The notes below the pieces were generated by a model. It saw only the letters and a list, made by a program, of their open reading frames with translations. It was not told the origin of the DNA and searched no databases. Source: the human T2T-CHM13v2.0 reference genome, Homo sapiens. From it: 64,000 nucleotides of DNA. Location: the NCBI RefSeq assembly GCF_009914755.1, contig NC_060942.1; one strand, 5' to 3'. Position numbers and translations under genes: made by a program. Below, piece by piece: positions 1 to 12,944 of the stretch (position 1 is its first letter; every line of letters begins with the position of its first letter).

Positions 1-390
1 ATGCCTTTGTTTTTAAGAAATGTAGATTCAAGTGCTTTGCTCATTTTTACGGTAGATTATTCGTCTTTATATCATTGAGTTTCAAGAATGTATATACTTT
101 AGATACAAGTTCCTTATCAGATATATGATTTGCAAATATTTTCTCTCATACTGGATTGTCTTTTCACTTTCTTGATGGTGTCTTTTGTAGCATAAAAGTT
201 TTCAATTTTGATGAAGCTCAATTTATATATTTTAGTTTTGTGGATTGTGCTTTTGTTGTCATATCTAAGGAAAGTATTGCTTAATTCATGGTCATAAAAT
301 TTTACTTGTGTTTCCTTTTAAGTGTTTTCTATTTTTACATCTCTTACATTCGAATCTGTGACACATTATTAGTTATTTTTTATGTAAGGA
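1..390 (-). mobile_element. Old L1 (L1M-type) ORF2-region fragment
   Basis: T-rich antisense L1 sequence, e.g. TCCTTATCAGATATATGATTTGCAAATATTTTCTC and CTTTTCACTTTCTTGATGGTGTC. Confidence 0.8.
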
Positions 391-1060
391 GTGATGTATC
401 ATTGTTTTATTTGCATTCACCTTCTGATAAATTATGCTGAGCATCTTTTCATACACTTATTTGTCTTCTGTATATCTTCTTTGGTATGGTGTCTTCAGAT
501 ATTTTGCACATTTTTAAATTGGGTTCTTTTTCTTACATTTGGTTTTAAAGGCTCTTTGTATATTTTGAATATAACTCCTTTATCAGGTATGTGGTTTGCA
601 AATATTTTCTTCTAGACTGTGGCTTGCCTTCTTATTCTCTTAAGTGTCTTTCACAAGCAGAATTTTAGAAAAATTAAGTCCAACTTACCAATATTTTTCA
701 TTGATTATGCTCTTGATGTAATATCAAAAAACTCACCATCAAATCCAAGGTCATGTAGATTTTCTCCTGTTTTCTTCTAGAACCTTTGTAGTTTTTCATT
801 TTACATTCACGTCTATGATGCATTTTTAGTTAATTTTTGTGAAAGATAAAAAGGTCAGTGTCTAGGTTCATTTTTTCATATATGGATGTCCAATTGTTCC
901 AGCACCATATGTTGAGAGACTGCGCTTTTTCTATTGAATTGACTTTACATCTTTGTTGAAAATCAGTTGATTATATTTATGTGGTTTATTTATGGGCTCC
1001 CTATTCTGTTCCATTGATCTGCATGTCTATTTTTTCACCAATACCATACTGTCTTGATTC
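391..1060 (-). mobile_element. Second old L1 (L1M-type) ORF2-region fragment
   Basis: TGCTGAGCATCTTTTCATA, CCTTTATCAGGTATGTGGTTTGCAAATATTTTCT and CAATTGTTCCAGCACCATATGTTGA are typical antisense L1 ORF2 segments. It re-covers the same consensus interval as 1-390. Confidence 0.85.
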
Positions 1061-1064
1061 ATAT

Positions 1065-1860
1065 ATCCATTTTTTCATTCATGTATTTATCCATCCATTT
1101 ATTTAGCATATCCTTAGTAAATATTTATTATCTTCCTCATGCAAGATATTGTGCTAATACTTCAGACAACAAAGATGTTTTAGACATGGTAGCTGACCTC
1201 TAAGAGCTGTCATACAGTCTGGGAGGTGGGATGGAGATGGTTGCAACTCCCACACAAATTGTGTAAAACAAATCACAAGGTGAAAATGCTATAGGAGATG
1301 CATAGAGTAAAAGACACTTTTCAAAGAGGCTGATATCAATACTGACTTAGAATAAGGAGATTTGAGCAGGGACTTGAAGGATGGATAGGATTTAAATAAG
1401 ATTGGAAAGTGGCTGTGTCAAGGTGAAAAGAACAGAACAAGCCAAGTGAGGGGGGAAGTGCAAAGTCTAACAGCTGTGTCCAATTGAAGTATAATCAAAG
1501 CCTTGTGTGCAATTTTAAATTTTCTAGTAGCTGTACTAAAAAAGAAATCCTTGAAATTAATTTTATATTTTATGTAACGCAATATATCCAAAACACCGTC
1601 ATTTCAGTGTGTAATCAATCTTAAAATCCTATATGTAGATTACATTTATCAATTTGGAGCAGCCACATTTCAAGTGCTGAATGCCACGTGTGAATTGTGG
1701 CTACTATATTGGACAACACAGGTCTTGGAGGCCAGTTGTGAGAAGAAAGGTTGCAAAGTAGGTTGGGTCCAAGTTATGCAGAACCTTGAATACTGGGCTG
1801 AAGAATTTGAACTTGATTCTGTAACTTACGGATAAACACTGACACTTTTGAGCAAGTAGT
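1065..1860 (-). mobile_element. L2 LINE relic, interrupted by MER33
   Basis: Starts with a degenerate TTCATTCAT tail, then TGTGCTAATAC. Purine-rich L2 body (TTTGAGCAGGGACTTGAAGGATGGATAGGA; CCTTGAATACTGGGCTGAAGAATTTGAACTT). Confidence 0.7.
1471..1721 (+). mobile_element. MER33 (hAT-Charlie non-autonomous DNA transposon)
   Basis: Ends CAGCTGTGTCCAAT...ATTGGACAACACAG. Internal AATTTTAAATTTTCTAGTAGC and AGCCACATTTCAAGTGCT. Confidence 0.85.
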
Positions 1861-3379
1861 GACTCCTAGGTGCTCCTCCCCTGGACTGGCAGTCCTGGAT
1901 AGGTACTCAATACAGGTGTACTGAATGATTGTTGAATTATCAGAGCAATACTTTGTAGAGATTAACTGTGGATATATTTAATGACATGGAATTGAAAACT
2001 TTGAGGACTTATGCCTAGGTTATTTGAATTTAAACCACATGATATAGAAGTTCTTGGTTGCTGTTTTTTAATTTTTGCTTTCTGCATGAGGAAAATTACT
2101 GCCTAAAATATTATTTAGTGTATGTATGACAATCTTTTGTAGTGTTGTATCCTTTGTTGTATTGAAGTGTGACTAGGACAACCTTATGTTTTTGGTAGCC
2201 TTTGGGGATGGGTCTGCTTACACATTTCAATTGCTTAAAAAAAAAAGAAGTGGTTTTCTTAAAGGAAATGGGTAGAATGATAGGTTGAAGATATGACTGT
2301 TGTATACATTTTTGTTTTTTTGAGAATGCTCTCTTGACAGTAAAGAGCTGGGAGCCCTTTAAAATGAGGGTGGTAATAGTGTTAAAATCCCAGTCCTTGG
2401 CTGTGAAGAAAACCAACCAGGTACTTGGATTTGTTGTGATTGTGGGTGCCACTCTTCTTGCCAAATCTATTCTCACAAACTAGTAGGGGATCAGAGCTGA
2501 AAAGCTTTCTGTTTTTTACTTATTTCTTTTTCACTTGAGATCATTTCCAAAGACTGATAGTGAAATATCTATCAAGAGGCCATGCTAAAATAACAAATGT
2601 AATATTTGCCTGCAGGGGGTATGTGTGGGTGTTACATTTTGGGCCTGTCAAACTTGACAGTGTCCTTTTAAGCTTTTCAAGAGAAAACCTTATAGTATTA
2701 GAGCCACATTTTCCATCAGCTGTGACATATTTCTGCATGTTAATCCTCAGATTTCTTTCTCCTTTCTCCTTTGTAATTAAGCTAACTTGGTTTTCAGAGG
2801 CTTGTGGTTTTAATATCTTTTTTTGTGGAATTGAAACAGCATCAATTTGGATTTTAACTCTTTTATTAGATTAGTTTTTAATTAGTTTTAACTCTTTTAT
2901 TAGAATTAGTTATAGACGTACAGGCATACCTGGTAGCATTTATTAACACCAGCCTCAGAGAGCTTTGCAGGCTTTTCACTGCTGCTTTTGTTTCTTAGCA
3001 CAGTAAATGGCTGTGAGCTGGGTCTTTGTTGCCAGGTCATGGTTGGAAAATATCAATTATTACAGAACATGTGTGCATTTGAGGAATTGTCTCCATGTAA
3101 ATAAGAAGGGCATTTCATTGGAGTTGCTGCCGTTTTAAGCCACGGTCTCAACACACAGGCAAAAATTTTACTTTGGTCCCCTAGAAAATGGAAGGTAGTG
3201 GTGAGGGATGGGGGTGCCTTTTTCCAAGCAAAATTCTTGAGTAAATGCAAAGTCTGACATGATTTTATGAGAGGTTTCTTCTTTAATGATGTAGTATAAG
3301 AAAATAACACTACTTTAGTGCTTAGCAGTAATTAAATATAAATTGCTCCAGTCAAGAAGTGGTTTCAGAAGTAATATAC

Positions 3380-3570
3380 CTAGTGGCTTTGGAACCAGAA
3401 GTTAGGTTTAAGTTCTGGCTCCACCAACAATTGCTGTGTGGCCAAAATCTTTCTAAGACTCATTTTTTTGTCTGTAAAATAGGTTAATAATAGCAACCTC
3501 GTAAGATATTTGTGAGGTTTAACACGGTAACTATATTCGGTTCCTAGCACATGCCTGAATGGTAGTTATT
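3380..3570 (+). mobile_element. MIR SINE
   Basis: GGCTTTGGAACCAGA...TCTGTAAAATAGGTTAATAATAGCAACCTC...TTGTGAGGTTTAA core. Confidence 0.8.
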
Positions 3571-3669
3571 GGTATGAAACAGTGCTAAATGCTGTGTTTG
3601 GTTTGCAGGCCAATAGCTCACTTGCTCTATTCTTTTTGATTGTCTCTCTGGAATGACATAGAGTAAGGC

Positions 3670-4067
3670 AGTTGTGGTGACCAACTCTGTCTCCTGAGGT
3701 GGGATCATAAGTGGTGGATGACCCCAGCCGCTCCCTTTCTGGATCCACCACTGTGACTACACACCTTCCACTGCCTGTTCCTGTCAACAGCTGAGTGTGG
3801 TGGGAATCCTAAAGCAGGTCCATTCCAGCAAAAAAAACTCCTGTCCCATGGGCAACCTTGGCTGGAGGACTCCACGGTGACTTGGCTGAACCTTTCTTAA
3901 AACTGCTCAGTTGCTACCTCTTTCATCCCAATCCTCCTTCCTTCCACAGGTGCTGGAACTGTACAACTGTCTGCAAGTGCCCCTGCCTGCTCCAGCCCCC
4001 TCCCCTATTTGCTCTTGCAGGGCTAATCCCATCTTGGTACCTCCTTCTTGGCTGGCCTGAACTAATG
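3670..4067 (+). mobile_element. LTR16-family (ERVL) solo LTR
   Basis: CCTTGGCTGGAGGACTCC...GGCTGAACCTTTCTTAAAACTGC...CCCAATCCTCCTTCCTTCCACAGGTG...CTAATCCCATCTTGG...CCTGAACTAA matches the LTR16 3' half as I recall it. Confidence 0.7.
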
Positions 4068-5509
4068 CCGCAGTCCATGCCTGGTTTCCAGGCATTTGTA
4101 ACTTAGAGCTCAATTTAATTAAAAATAATACTGCTTCCAAGGAATGCTCCAGAATTAAACCAATTTAGGTCCTAGAATGAAAAAGAGGATAGAATTGAGA
4201 GGACAATGCATCCAGTCAAAAAAGAGATGGAAAGACCTAGAAAATAAGGTGAGAAGAGCATTTCCCCTTGCCTCAATTGTAGTGCCTTTCCCATTTCCGT
4301 GGTGCTGAGCCCATGCCAGGTGCAGATGCCCTCAGCACGATGCCCTTCCCTCTGGCCTCTGTCTCCTGCACCACTTGTCTTCTTGCCCCTCACTTAGCCC
4401 TGAGTATAGCCCACTATCTAGTATTTCAAGTGAAACAGGTCCTTAGTTTGATTTGTGTTCCTTCAAGGATGGAAATGTATTTTTGCTATTTTCCTATCCC
4501 TCTTAGCTCCTATCACAGAGGGCTCTTGGTTTTATTTGCTGTTGGCTAAAAAGAGAAAATCAAGAGACCCATTAATGCTCAGGATACAAGAATGCTGGGC
4601 AACTCCCAGTTCATGCTCTCTGTTGGGAGGGGCTTTCTGGGTAGCCCCCGGACAACCTTCACGAACGGGAGGTTATCAGAAGTGTTACCACTTAAAATAT
4701 CTATTTTTTGCCTTAGTTCATTAGAGTGTTCAGCTATTGATCCCACTCTGATTATGATGAATCTATTTGGCTTTATGCTGAAATATTTCCCTGTAGCGAT
4801 GAATGATGTCACTTTCCCTTCTCAAGTTCTAAGGGGTAAATCTGTTCAGTAAAAATAATCAAGAAGATAAAGAGTCACAATTTGGAGAACAAGAGTGAGT
4901 TGTAAGAACAATGTTGCCCCAATGTTGGGGGCAACATTGGACTCACAGAAAGGGGAGATTACATTTAGTAGGGCTCTGGGGCATCCTCATTGGGGAGCAC
5001 CACAGGCTCTGACCCCAAGGAGGGGAAAGAGAACGCATAGAGGCCTCTGGAGATCAAAGATGCTTCCAGGGGTGGCCGTTAGATTCACCACATGTCTGTC
5101 ATGGAATTAGACATGCCGGCTACCCCACACTTTTATTCCCTGGCCTCCCTGCTGGCTCTCTGAGTTCAAACCAAAAGTGCATGGGGAGGGGGGCCATGGG
5201 GGGATTGAGGAGGGCTGATGGGAAAAGGCAGCAGAGAGCAGATTTAGACAGTTCTGTTCACAAGGTGCTTTCACTAAATTCTCCAGCAGAAATGGAAAAA
5301 AAAAAAAAAGGCCTGGTGTTTCACACAATCCCTTTAGGGGCAATTTTATCTCGCTTTGCTAAAAATTGGATATGTCTTCCTAAGTCTTCTAGAGCCATTG
5401 GCTCAGCAAGAGTTTGAAGTGTTGTGGCAGCGACTCTGACTTTTTCCCTTGCCTCATCCTCTCCCACTCACCCCCTGCCTCTATTTTTCTCTTTTATGTG
5501 GATCTATCT

Positions 5510-5605
5510 GTGTCTAATTTAGATGGCAAGTTCCTTAGTACTGTATGTTATAGTGTCTAGCATACTGTGAGCACTTATAAATGTTAAATGATAATAATGA
5601 TAATA
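5510..5605 (+). mobile_element. L2 3'-end fragment
   Basis: TAGATGGCAAGTTCCTT...GTGTCTAGCATACTGTGAGCACTTATAAATGTTAAATGATAATAATG. Confidence 0.55.
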
Positions 5606-5944
5606 GGAGAGCCCTAAAGGTGCCAGCTGCTTCATTTCACTTGAGAGAAGAGGGTTTTCACTGCAGACTGTAGTTTAAAAAATAAGGGCAGTGGGGAGGG
5701 AAGGCATATCGGCTTTCTTAGGCAAGGAGGAGGACAGAGAGAGGCAGATAGGAATTTGCCATATAAAAGAAAATGAATTAATAAAAAAAAATGGTCAGCT
5801 AAAACCTCAGGATGGAAACAAGAATTCAGTACCTGGTATTCAGTCTCATAACCCTTTCAAAAATTGCTTGTCCAAAGTTTCAAAGAAATATGAAACATTG
5901 ATAACCTAAAAAGGATGCTGCGTCCACTTTCAGCCATGCAAAAG

Positions 5945-6155
5945 GAGAGCTGTGGGTAGTGAAAGACCCCCGACTCAGGCCTCAGAACCCCTAGATACTA
6001 GCCCTAATTCTGCAGCTAACTGGCTCTAGAACATTTGTTGAAATACTTAACTTTTCTATTATCTGCTTTCCCATTCACGAGTGAGGGGTGAGGCCAATGC
6101 AGGGGACAATTTACTAAATAATCTCAATGAGTTCTTCAAGTTCTGAAATTCTGTG
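5945..6155 (+). mobile_element. MIRc/MIR3 SINE
   Basis: Degenerate tRNA-derived head and the tail ACTAAATAATCTCAATGAGTTCTTCAAGTTCTGAAATTCTGTG. Confidence 0.6.
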
Positions 6156-6184
6156 TGCCACTGGCTAATAGCTGCATGATATCT

Positions 6185-6425
6185 ACCATTTTCTTGAACA
6201 CTTACTATGTGTTAATCTATCAGTTTCATACGTATTACCTCATTCAACACTCCACTCTGCAAAAAAAAAAAAAAAAATTGTCACTATCTGTAGTTTACAG
6301 ATGAGGATACAGAGGCAGAGAAAGAATAAGGACTTGCTCAAAATGCCACAACTGGTGGTAGAAGGAGGAGTCAACACCATCCTTGTCTGAATCTGAAGCC
6401 AGTGTGCTGACCCACTTTGCTACGC
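6185..6425 (-). mobile_element. MIR SINE with an internal poly-A run
   Basis: TTGAACACTTACTATGTG...TTTACAGATGAGGATACAGAGGCAGAGA...GACTTGCTCAA. Confidence 0.8.
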
Positions 6426-6619
6426 TCTACAATGGCCTCTCTTGAGCCAGCCCCAGGTGGCCCCATGAGTTGAGCCTGGAATGCACAATAATGTTCCGGA
6501 TGTGCACAATATAACACTGTTCAAACTGGAAGAGTCTCAGAAATAACTTAGGGTAGCAACTGTATTTAGAATATTCAGTTCAGCCATACCTTGCTCACAG
6601 AGGCTGAGATTACTTAAGA

Positions 6620-6820
6620 AGACACTGATTAAGCACTAGCTATTCCTATATATACCAACTCATTTAATCCTTACAGCAACCCTATCATGCTATCCTGAAT
6701 TTTACAGGTGAGAATTCAGTGGCATTGAGGTTCACTGTATCCAGGCTAGATGAGGGTGGAGGTGGGCTTCAGTCCCATCTCTGGCTCCCTAGGATGGTGC
6801 TGCTCCATCACACTCTACTG
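6620..6820 (-). mobile_element. MIR SINE
   Basis: CTCATTTAATCCTTACAGCAACCCTAT...TTTTACAGGTGAGAA. Confidence 0.7.
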
Positions 6821-7924
6821 CCTGCCCAGCAGCTCTCGTGGTTACTCACTGGCCTAGTTCTGTTTTGCTGCGGGTTGCAGGGAGGTATGGATGCAATGGA
6901 GACAGAACTCAGTCTCCCCCACTTTTCACCTTTTCCTGACCCACGTGCACCTTCAGGACTAAGACGTGCTAGACTCTCCTCTCTTCTCCTTGTGATGATG
7001 ATGCAGGAGGCAGGGAAATTAGAACAAGCTACACTTTCCGCTGGTAGTTCTTGTTTGGAATAAAGGAAAACATTGACAGAAATTCTCCTTTCATGACGGA
7101 GGGTGGGAGCGAAACAACTCACATTTCCTCCTCCTTCCTTAGCCAAGTGCTTGCCTGCTCCACTCGGAGCAAAGGTGAGGACTTGGGGTTGCGGGAGCAG
7201 CAACAGCAGCCCATCCACTGGCTTTGCTGGTGGCCTTGTCACTCAGTCAGTGGGGAGAAGAGGCCTCATCTCTCCTTCGGAAGGGTACTGGGTGACCCGT
7301 TAGACCTCATACGTCCTTAATACAGAAAACAGCTGAGGAAGCTGGGTTTGGCTACCTTAAATTTCGATTTTGCAGCAACAATCAAAACAAACCCACTGTC
7401 ACTGCCCTTGTTGTCCGCACAAGAAAAATGATAGATGCAGATTCCCAGAGAAAGACGTTTTGACAAATAACAGCCATAAATAGCTGAGGATGCTTCTCAT
7501 TTTATGTTGCATCCTTCCCTTCCTTCCTTCCTAGTCTTCATCATTTGAAAACTGTCATTAAGACGTGTTCATTCTTATGTGGTATTTCTACATATATTGA
7601 TATCAAAAGAACTTGAAGTTATATTTTGCTACAAGAAAAAACAAGATGAAGTATAGCATATATGTGCACTTTTATTTTTTGTTACTAAAATATATATATG
7701 ATATACATATATCACGTATATATATTTTTAAACAACAATGAAAACAAGGCTCTTTCTAGATGGGTACAGGGGACAGGCCCAGGGTAATGCATGCAGCCAG
7801 TGTGTGTAAAGCTGTCTACATAAAAACCATAGTAAGGAGCAATATCCCTTAGTTGTTCCCCACTGCTCCAGTTGCTTGGCCCAAGGAAACGCTTGTAAAT
7901 TTAGACACACACATAAGTTTTTTA

Positions 7925-8090
7925 AGTATAAATATGTACATACACAGACTATTTCTGGAAGAATAAACAAAAATTGCTACAAATAGTTGTTTCTAGGAAG
8001 GGACACTGAAATCAGGGTCCTTTTCATTATAAGCCCTTTTTTGATATTTTTAAACTTTTAAACTTTTTATTATTTTATTTGTGAAAAGAT
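7925..8090 (+). mobile_element. L1ME-type 3'UTR terminal fragment
   Basis: TCTGGAAGAATAAACAAAAATTGCTACAAATAGTTGTTTCTAGGAAGGG resembles old L1 3' ends. Confidence 0.45.
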
Positions 8091-11000
8091 GATTGTAAAA
8101 GGAAAATAATCCAAATAAATCATATTTACAGCAGAGAAAAATATATCAAATTTTCACAGTGAGGGCTTGGTACTGGTGTCATGAACCTCTCCTTGCCCTC
8201 TAGAAGCATATTAATAGAACGAACAAACTATATGGGAAGAAGAGAAAAAATAATATTTCACAATAACAACCTCTGCCCCCATCCTGCCCCTGCTGCTTCT
8301 GTGTGCAGGAAGAGGGTCTGCCGCTGGGCTCTCAGAGAGCAGACATCTCCCTTCCCTCCCTGGTCACCATAGGTTACAGATGCAGAGACAGGCAGAAACC
8401 CCACAGATGGGGAAATGGGGCCAGGATGCTAATTAGGATGCACATTGCAGAAGTGAATAGAGAGCCTGAAGATGTTTCAGGATGGGTCTATCCTGGTAGC
8501 ACTTGACCCTCAGCCATTGGAGCTTGCCTTACTCGGTATAATTGTCCCCTGTACCCGACAAAGAAAATATGTTCCTTACACCATTCCAGCAAGTCAGCTG
8601 AGAATCCACATCGGTGACTGGCAAAAAAGAGAACCACATTCTGAAGAGAACTTGCACCAACTTGCCTGGGATTCTGCCTTGGGGGTCCACTTGGGAGTTA
8701 TGCCAACAAATAGCAAGCAGTTTGCCACTTTTTAACCAAGCTCTATTTTCCTCTTTACGACAGCCTTGAAAGGGAAGGAGCCTGTCTTCTGGAGGAGGTC
8801 AGTGTAATTTATAGCTGGGGAATGGCTGCATCGTGCTCACTCCTTGAGCAGAAGGCCTTTGTCATCATTTGATGTGCACTTGATGCGCAAAGCCAGGGTG
8901 TGCCTTGAGAGGAGGCTACGGGCTGCTGCACGTGTGTGCATTTGTGTTGCTGCAGACCTCCCCATTTCCGGGCAGTGGCCCTGACCTGAGCCTGCTCCTT
9001 CTCTTCTTTATCCTGATGGAAATCCCAGAAACAAACATGATGTTTGGTTCTGGATAAAGATGCTGGGGAAGGCCAGGAAAGATAGAGTAGTGGGAAGGGA
9101 AAAAGCCAAGGCAGAATGAGAACATATAATAAACGGGAGCGTGTGGAATGTGCACCACCTGACTTAGCCAGATGCCTCTAGAGGGAAAGCAAAGGAAACA
9201 GCTAAATGCCTTTATATCCCCTGGAGTCTTCAAAGGAAGCCTGCAAAGCGGGGCATCTGAGTAATCCTCACTCGTTTAATATCTGACGCGTTTGCATCTG
9301 TGATGTGCACGGTAAATTAGAATTCCTGGTACAAGAACAGAATTTTAACTGCTAAAGTTAACACAGAGGTCAGGCAGCCTTATCATCACCTTATCTTATC
9401 TCATATGGTGTCGGGATGAATATTTGGGGACAGGGGTGTTGTGGATCTTTTCCTTCAGGAACATTAGGAAAAGCCATAAAGAAAATGATTCCAAACTCAG
9501 CAGCCTTCTGTGAGGAAGGAAGGTTAATTCTGCCATCAGCCCGTTCCATGGACCATCCAGATTCCCACTATTAAGACAGTTTAGCTGTAGTCTCAGTGCA
9601 GGTGCATTGTTACTTTAATTATTTAGGATGTAATTTCTGGGCCTAAGGAAGATGGATAGCACATCTTAAAGAAAACAGACTTCCCCTCCAAACACACCAC
9701 TACTAAATTCTTCAGCAAAACAATGACAATGGATTAAATGGTATGTTCTTTAGATATTGTTAACTTTATTTGCAGAGGAAACATGAACATTTTGGCTGCC
9801 TGGGCTTTGGGGATCCACTCGCCATGGAGACATGAAGTCTAGATTTAATAAAATCATGCAGTGTGAAGTCCACACAATATTATTTTTCTTACACTAGGCT
9901 GAATGCTTTGATTATTATTCACTGTCAAGTTACCTTGGGAAATGAAATCTGTAATATTACCATGTTTATGCTGCTGGCCAAGGTCTTCTGAAATATGTCA
10001 GAAATTATTACCCCATTTTATAGATTAATAAAATGAGGCAAAAGCAATATATTATTGATGGAAAGAGGAAGAATTTTATACATATGTACGCATGTGCACA
10101 CCCGTAAGTCTTCATCCTTAAAGTTAGAAAACAAAATAAACGTTATCATCTTACAAAAATAGACTTTTCTCCCAGACAAGTGTGAATCCAGCCTAGTCTG
10201 AAATTAATTGGAGGTCATGTCATGATGTTGAGTTTCATTTGTATATTATCTTTCTAATTTTATCTTTTGGAAAGGAATGATAGTTTCTTGTTTAGAATAA
10301 GGGAGAAAGTCTTGAATAGACTTATAATATGACCCAGTGAAGAAATTTTAAGTATGCTAACATTCCAAGTGGACTACAATGCCATGTGATTGGGATATTG
10401 ACTTGAACCAACTCTAAAATATTACTATTTTTGACAAAGATTTTCTTGTTTCTCTAGACCTGAATAAAACTGTCTCCTACTTAGCCAATACTGCATTCTA
10501 ACTTATACAATATGCATCTCTGAAAATTAGCCAGAGAGGGTTTCTGCCATTGATCTCAGGATTTCTTTGGTGGAAGTCATGAATACTTTTCCGGATTATT
10601 GACCTCTGCTTTGTTCTGGATTCTTCTGAGCCAATGCAATTCCTATGTCTCTCACTAGAATAACTCATAGAAAGAGGAGAATGTGTTCCAGAAGTTATGG
10701 AGAGATTTCCCTCCAATAACCCACTGCTAGAAAATGGATTCGTTCTGCCTGAAAGCTAAACCCACACTAATTTTTACGTTCCTGCGACATGATATTGGGT
10801 CCTGGCTGAATAAGAAACTACACCAAGTCCTATACACCCTGAGGATATTCAGGTCCAGAGGTGTAGCTCAGAGGGGCCAGGCATTTGCCTTTGGTTTGTA
10901 AAGACTAGTAAGGAACATCTGTAAGTTTTTGCCCTTGTTCTATAGCAATGAGATTTTGTTTACTTTCAACGTGAAGGCCTAGCCTGGTGGCAATAGCATG

Positions 11001-11592
11001 AGTCAGGCAGATAACTCAGTAAACCTCTCAACCCCATCTAGTTGAAGAGGAAGAGAAGTTTCTCTAGAGTCTGGAGAAAGGCAGAGGAAAAGTACATCTG
11101 GCTATCTCTTACTTGTTTGAAGGCATTGGCCACCCTTCCCTCTCCCTCCTGTTGAGACCTAACTTGACCATTTCACTATTCATTATCACCTCCCACAGGG
11201 GTGGGCAAAAACAGGGGGAAAAGATGAAACTCAAATTCACCTATTGGAGGTGCTAATTCTTGACTTTCACACCATGCTAAATTGCTTGGATGCTATATTG
11301 GACAATTTACAGTTGTTTTTCTAAACCCTTTGGTCTATCAATGAAATGTTTATTCTATACTTTATCAAGGAACTGAAGCCCTTTCACCCAATTTACCTAG
11401 CAGTTCATGAGAGATTTTTGAAAATTACAGGACTTGCATACCATATTCCTATAACATAGCTAAAACTAACTCAATTTGTCTGTGTTAATGGAGGAAAAGG
11501 GTAAGATTGGAAATTTACATTAAAAAAACAACAGAAAAAACTTATACTTCTTGACCTTCTTCTCTCATCACAGCTCACATCAGAGTCACTAT

Positions 11593-11801
11593 GGTGGAAT
11601 AATAGACACTGGAGACTCCGAAGGGTGGGAGGGTGGGAGCGGGGTAGAGGATGAGAGATTACTTAACAGATTACTTAACGGGTACAATGTACACTATTAC
11701 ACCAAAAGCCCAGATTTCACCACCACACAGTGTATCCATGTATCAGAAATGTACTTGTGCCCCCTAAATTTATACAAGTAAACAATTTAAAAGAAACAAA
11801 A
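11593..11801 (+). mobile_element. 5'-truncated L1MA/L1PB 3' end with TSD
   Basis: ATAGACACTGGAGACTCCGAAGGGTGGGAGGGTGGG...GGGTACAATGTACACTATT...AAAAGCCCAGATTTCACCAC, then an A-rich tail. TSD GAGTCACTAT at 11583-11592 and 11803-11812. Confidence 0.9.
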
Positions 11802-12699
11802 GGAGTCACTATTATGGTGAGAAAGATTAATTTAAGTTTAATGTTATATATTGTCTGGTGGAGACACCAGTAAGCAACCAAATGACCTAAAGCTAGGGAA
11901 CGGGAGGGATACAGGGAAAGGGAGGGAGACAGAGAAGGAGCAAAGGGCTTGTAAAACTCACATGTTGGATCATTAACCCTTGAATAACTGAGAGTCGGTT
12001 TGAGATAATTTGTGCTGTGTTTGTCTAAAAAAAAGTCATGAAAATTGTTACAGTCAATTGCACTGAACAAGCAGCAATACACTTGCTAACAGGCTATGTC
12101 AATACTGTAATGTAATACTTAGCTGAGATAATAGGGAATGTAGACAACATGGATAATTGAAACACAAAAATAATTCCAAAACCTGATATAAACTGATAGT
12201 TGCAACTGCTTTTTCACAAAGCTGCTGACAGGCACCAATACTCATTCAGTTTTATCTCTGTTCTCATGTCTCTCCCAACACCTAGAGGGAAAGAAGTAGA
12301 AATAAACCACAAAATGACAAAAAGGAGGATCACAGAAGTAAAAAAGAAAAATGAGAAATGCAAGTATAGTTCATGTTATTGAGTAGCAGCACTAGAGACT
12401 GGACTGAATTTGCATCAATTCATGATGTCTCTGTGTAATTTGCTTTGATGGAACAAAAAACCACAGTAAGCCTCCTAGGAGTAATATTTTCCATCTCTTT
12501 AAGGTTTATAGGTTTGAACTCTCAAGACCTGTGCCCCTGAGGCTGTTTATTGTCCTGAATACTTGGCCTACAATTATGGTAAACCCAATTCCAAGACCTG
12601 GACTAACACACACACATTCACTTGGTGACACTTTACCTAATTTCGACAGATGCAGGTAAGAGTGAGCATCTTGATGGAAATTATGCCAAATTTGAAATT

Positions 12700-12900
12700 C
12701 ACAGATCGTGTTTCAAATCCCAGAGCCACTCCTTGGATGTGGACTATTGGGAAAGTCACTTAAAAGTTTTGAGACTTAATTTACTTGTTTTTGAATTAGG
12801 ATAATAATATCCCATAGGATTACTGTGAGGATAAAAAGAGATGATATACGTAAATGTGCTTCATAAAATAGAAGTGTTATATAAGTCTTAGTAGATATTA
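12700..12900 (+). mobile_element. MIR SINE
   Basis: TTCAAATCCCAG...TGGGAAAGTCACTTAA...GGATAATAATATCCCATAGGATTACTGTGAGGATAAA. Confidence 0.8.
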
Positions 12901-12944
12901 TAAAGAGGAAAAAAATTGCGTGGCACATCAAATGAACTGCTCCG

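Noticed and set aside
7687-7728. AT-rich palindrome
   Set aside because: Self-complementarity follows trivially from (TA)n content.
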